From: Candidatus Stammera capleta
GTDB lineage: Bacteria > Pseudomonadota > Gammaproteobacteria > Enterobacterales > Enterobacteriaceae
Assembly: GCA_036689255.1 (NCBI GenBank)
Contig: CP144774.1
Coordinates: 216,051 to 280,050 of the forward strand
Length of the DNA: 64,000 nt
Direction: 5' to 3'
A program made the position numbers and the translations under genes. Shown one piece after another: positions 62,866 through 64,000 of the stretch (positions within the stretch are counted from its first letter, which is position 1; every line of letters begins with the position of its first letter). The notes below the pieces were generated by a model. That model was not told where the DNA came from. It worked only from the letters and a program-made list of their open reading frames with translations, and made no database searches.

Positions 62866-64000
62866 TTAATCATCTAAAAAATTTTTTAATATCTCAGATC
62901 TACTAGGATGTCTTAGTTTTCTTAAAGCTTTAGCTTCAATTTGTCTAATTCGTTCTCTAGTAACATCAAATTGTTTACCCACTTCTTCTAAAGTATGATC
63001 ACTATTCATATTTATACCAAAACGCATACGTAACACTTTAGCTTCTCTAGGAGTTAAACTTGATAAAATATTATTAGTAACATTACGTAAACTTTCTGTA
63101 GTAGCAGATTCTAAAGGTAACTCTAAAGATTTATCTTCAATAAAATCTCCTAAGTATAAATCATCATCTTCGCTAACAGGTGTTTCCATAGAAATAGGTT
63201 CTTTTGCTATTTTTAATATTTTCCTTATTTTATCTTCAGAAATTAACATACGATTAGATAATTCTTCTGGAGTAGGTTCTCTTCCAAACTCTTGTAATAT
63301 CTGTCTCGAGATTCTATTTAACTTATTTATAGTTTCAATCATATGAACAGGTATACGTATAGTACGAGCTTGATCAGCTATTGATCTAGTAATAGCTTGA
63401 CGTATCCACCATGTGGCATAAGTTGAAAATTTATAACCACGTCTATATTCAAATTTATCAACAGCTTTCATTAAACCTATATTACCCTCTTGAATTAAAT
63501 CTAAAAATTGAAGTCCTCTATTAGTATATTTTTTTGCTATAGATATAACTAATCTTAAATTAGCCTCAACCATTTCTTTCTTAGCTATTTTAGACTTATT
63601 TTCTCCTTGTAAAATACATTTATTTATTTCTTTTAAATCACTAATTTCAATTCCTATGTTTTTTTCAATAATTAATAAATCATCTAATAAAGAATTTATT
63701 ACCACTAAATATTTTTTCAAAAGTAAAGACCATGAATAACCCATATTTACAGCATTTAAAACCCATATTTTGTTATATTTATATTTTAAAAATAAATCAA
63801 TAAATATTTTTTTGGGCATAAAACATTTATTTATACATAATTCCATTATGTATTTTTCTTTTATATTAATATCTAAAATGATTTTTTTTATTTTTGAAAC
63901 TAAAAAATTAATATGTTTAGGAACTAACTTAAATTTCATAAAAATATTAATTAATTTATTTAACTCACATTTGACATAAGGATGTTTGAAACCATATCTT
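62866..64000 (-). CDS. rpoD: RNA polymerase sigma-70 factor RpoD, C-terminal ~378 codons (5' end lies outside the window)
   Basis: The frame stays open upstream of the listed Met to the window edge. F.KF.LVPK....LV and IM.LC...C.MPKK.F align to internal E. coli RpoD. Regions 2-4 are almost identical to E. coli ([88 protein letters not shown].., [31 protein letters not shown]). Confidence 0.97.
   Translation of the reverse strand, partial: RYGFKHPYVKCELNKLINIFMKFKLVPKHINFLVSKIKKIILDINIKEKYIMELCINKCFMPKKIFIDLFLKYKYNKIWVLNAVNMGYSWSLLLKKYLVVINSLLDDLLIIEKNIGIEISDLKEINKCILQGENKSKIAKKEMVEANLRLVISIAKKYTNRGLQFLDLIQEGNIGLMKAVDKFEYRRGYKFSTYATWWIRQAITRSIADQARTIRIPVHMIETINKLNRISRQILQEFGREPTPEELSNRMLISEDKIRKILKIAKEPISMETPVSEDDDLYLGDFIEDKSLELPLESATTESLRNVTNNILSSLTPREAKVLRMRFGINMNSDHTLEEVGKQFDVTRERIRQIEAKALRKLRHPSRSEILKNFLDD

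Noticed and set aside
1-64000. A search for CRISPR arrays, IS elements/transposases, integrases, prophage genes, toxin-antitoxin pairs, restriction-modification or other defence islands, and rRNA operons
   Set aside because: I found no spaced direct-repeat arrays or terminal inverted repeats. No ORF has transposase, integrase, methylase or nuclease-helicase motifs apart from the Nuc-like gene. All spacers are under 340 nt and featureless, and the only G+C-rich islands are the five tRNAs.

Overview
This 64-kb window comes from an extremely A+T-rich, gene-dense, strongly reduced gammaproteobacterial genome. It looks Enterobacterales-derived and of the obligate insect-endosymbiont type (Buchnera/Wigglesworthia-like). 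I cannot name the species from sequence alone. I can support 58 protein genes, and almost all align collinearly with E. coli housekeeping orthologues. They include thrS-infC-rpmI-rplT-pheST, pgk-fbaA, pfkA, glnS, dksA, speED, map, rpsB-tsf, cls, ligA, gltX, lepA-lepB-rnc-era, ung, trpS, secE-nusG-rplKAJL-rpoBC, murB, miaB-ybeZ-ybeY, prmB, holB-ycfH, ahpC, rpmBG, dnaE, bamA, uppS, frr and rpoD. There are also 5 tRNA genes: Thr-GGU, Ser-UGA, and a Leu-UAG/Gln-UUG/Met-CAU cluster. Two genes absent from the ORF track were recovered by eye: infC (ATT start) and rpmG (55 aa). thrS and rpoD run off the window edges. The genetic code appears standard: holB ends in TGA, and conserved Trp residues are TGG. 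I see no rRNA, CRISPR array, IS element, prophage, toxin-antitoxin or recognisable defence or secondary-metabolite locus. I did NOT find convincing evidence for a novel multi-gene system. The items most worth a second look are listed below.
- An intact, apparently exported Nuc-type single-HKD PLD nuclease sits directly behind fldA. It is the only non-core gene in the window.
- The tRNA-Gln acceptor stem carries G3.U70 and U1.U72.
- A window-wide strand compositional asymmetry makes + strand proteins Lys/Asn-rich and - strand proteins Phe/Val/Gly-rich.
- All tRNA genes lack an encoded CCA, and RNase Z is retained.
- Homopolymer tracts of 12-14 nt occur inside essential genes.
- ligA has lost its BRCT domain and dnaE its C-terminal domain.
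- The frr-uppS-bamA-dnaE backbone is collapsed, with the dxr, cdsA/rseP and skp-lpx-rnhB genes missing.
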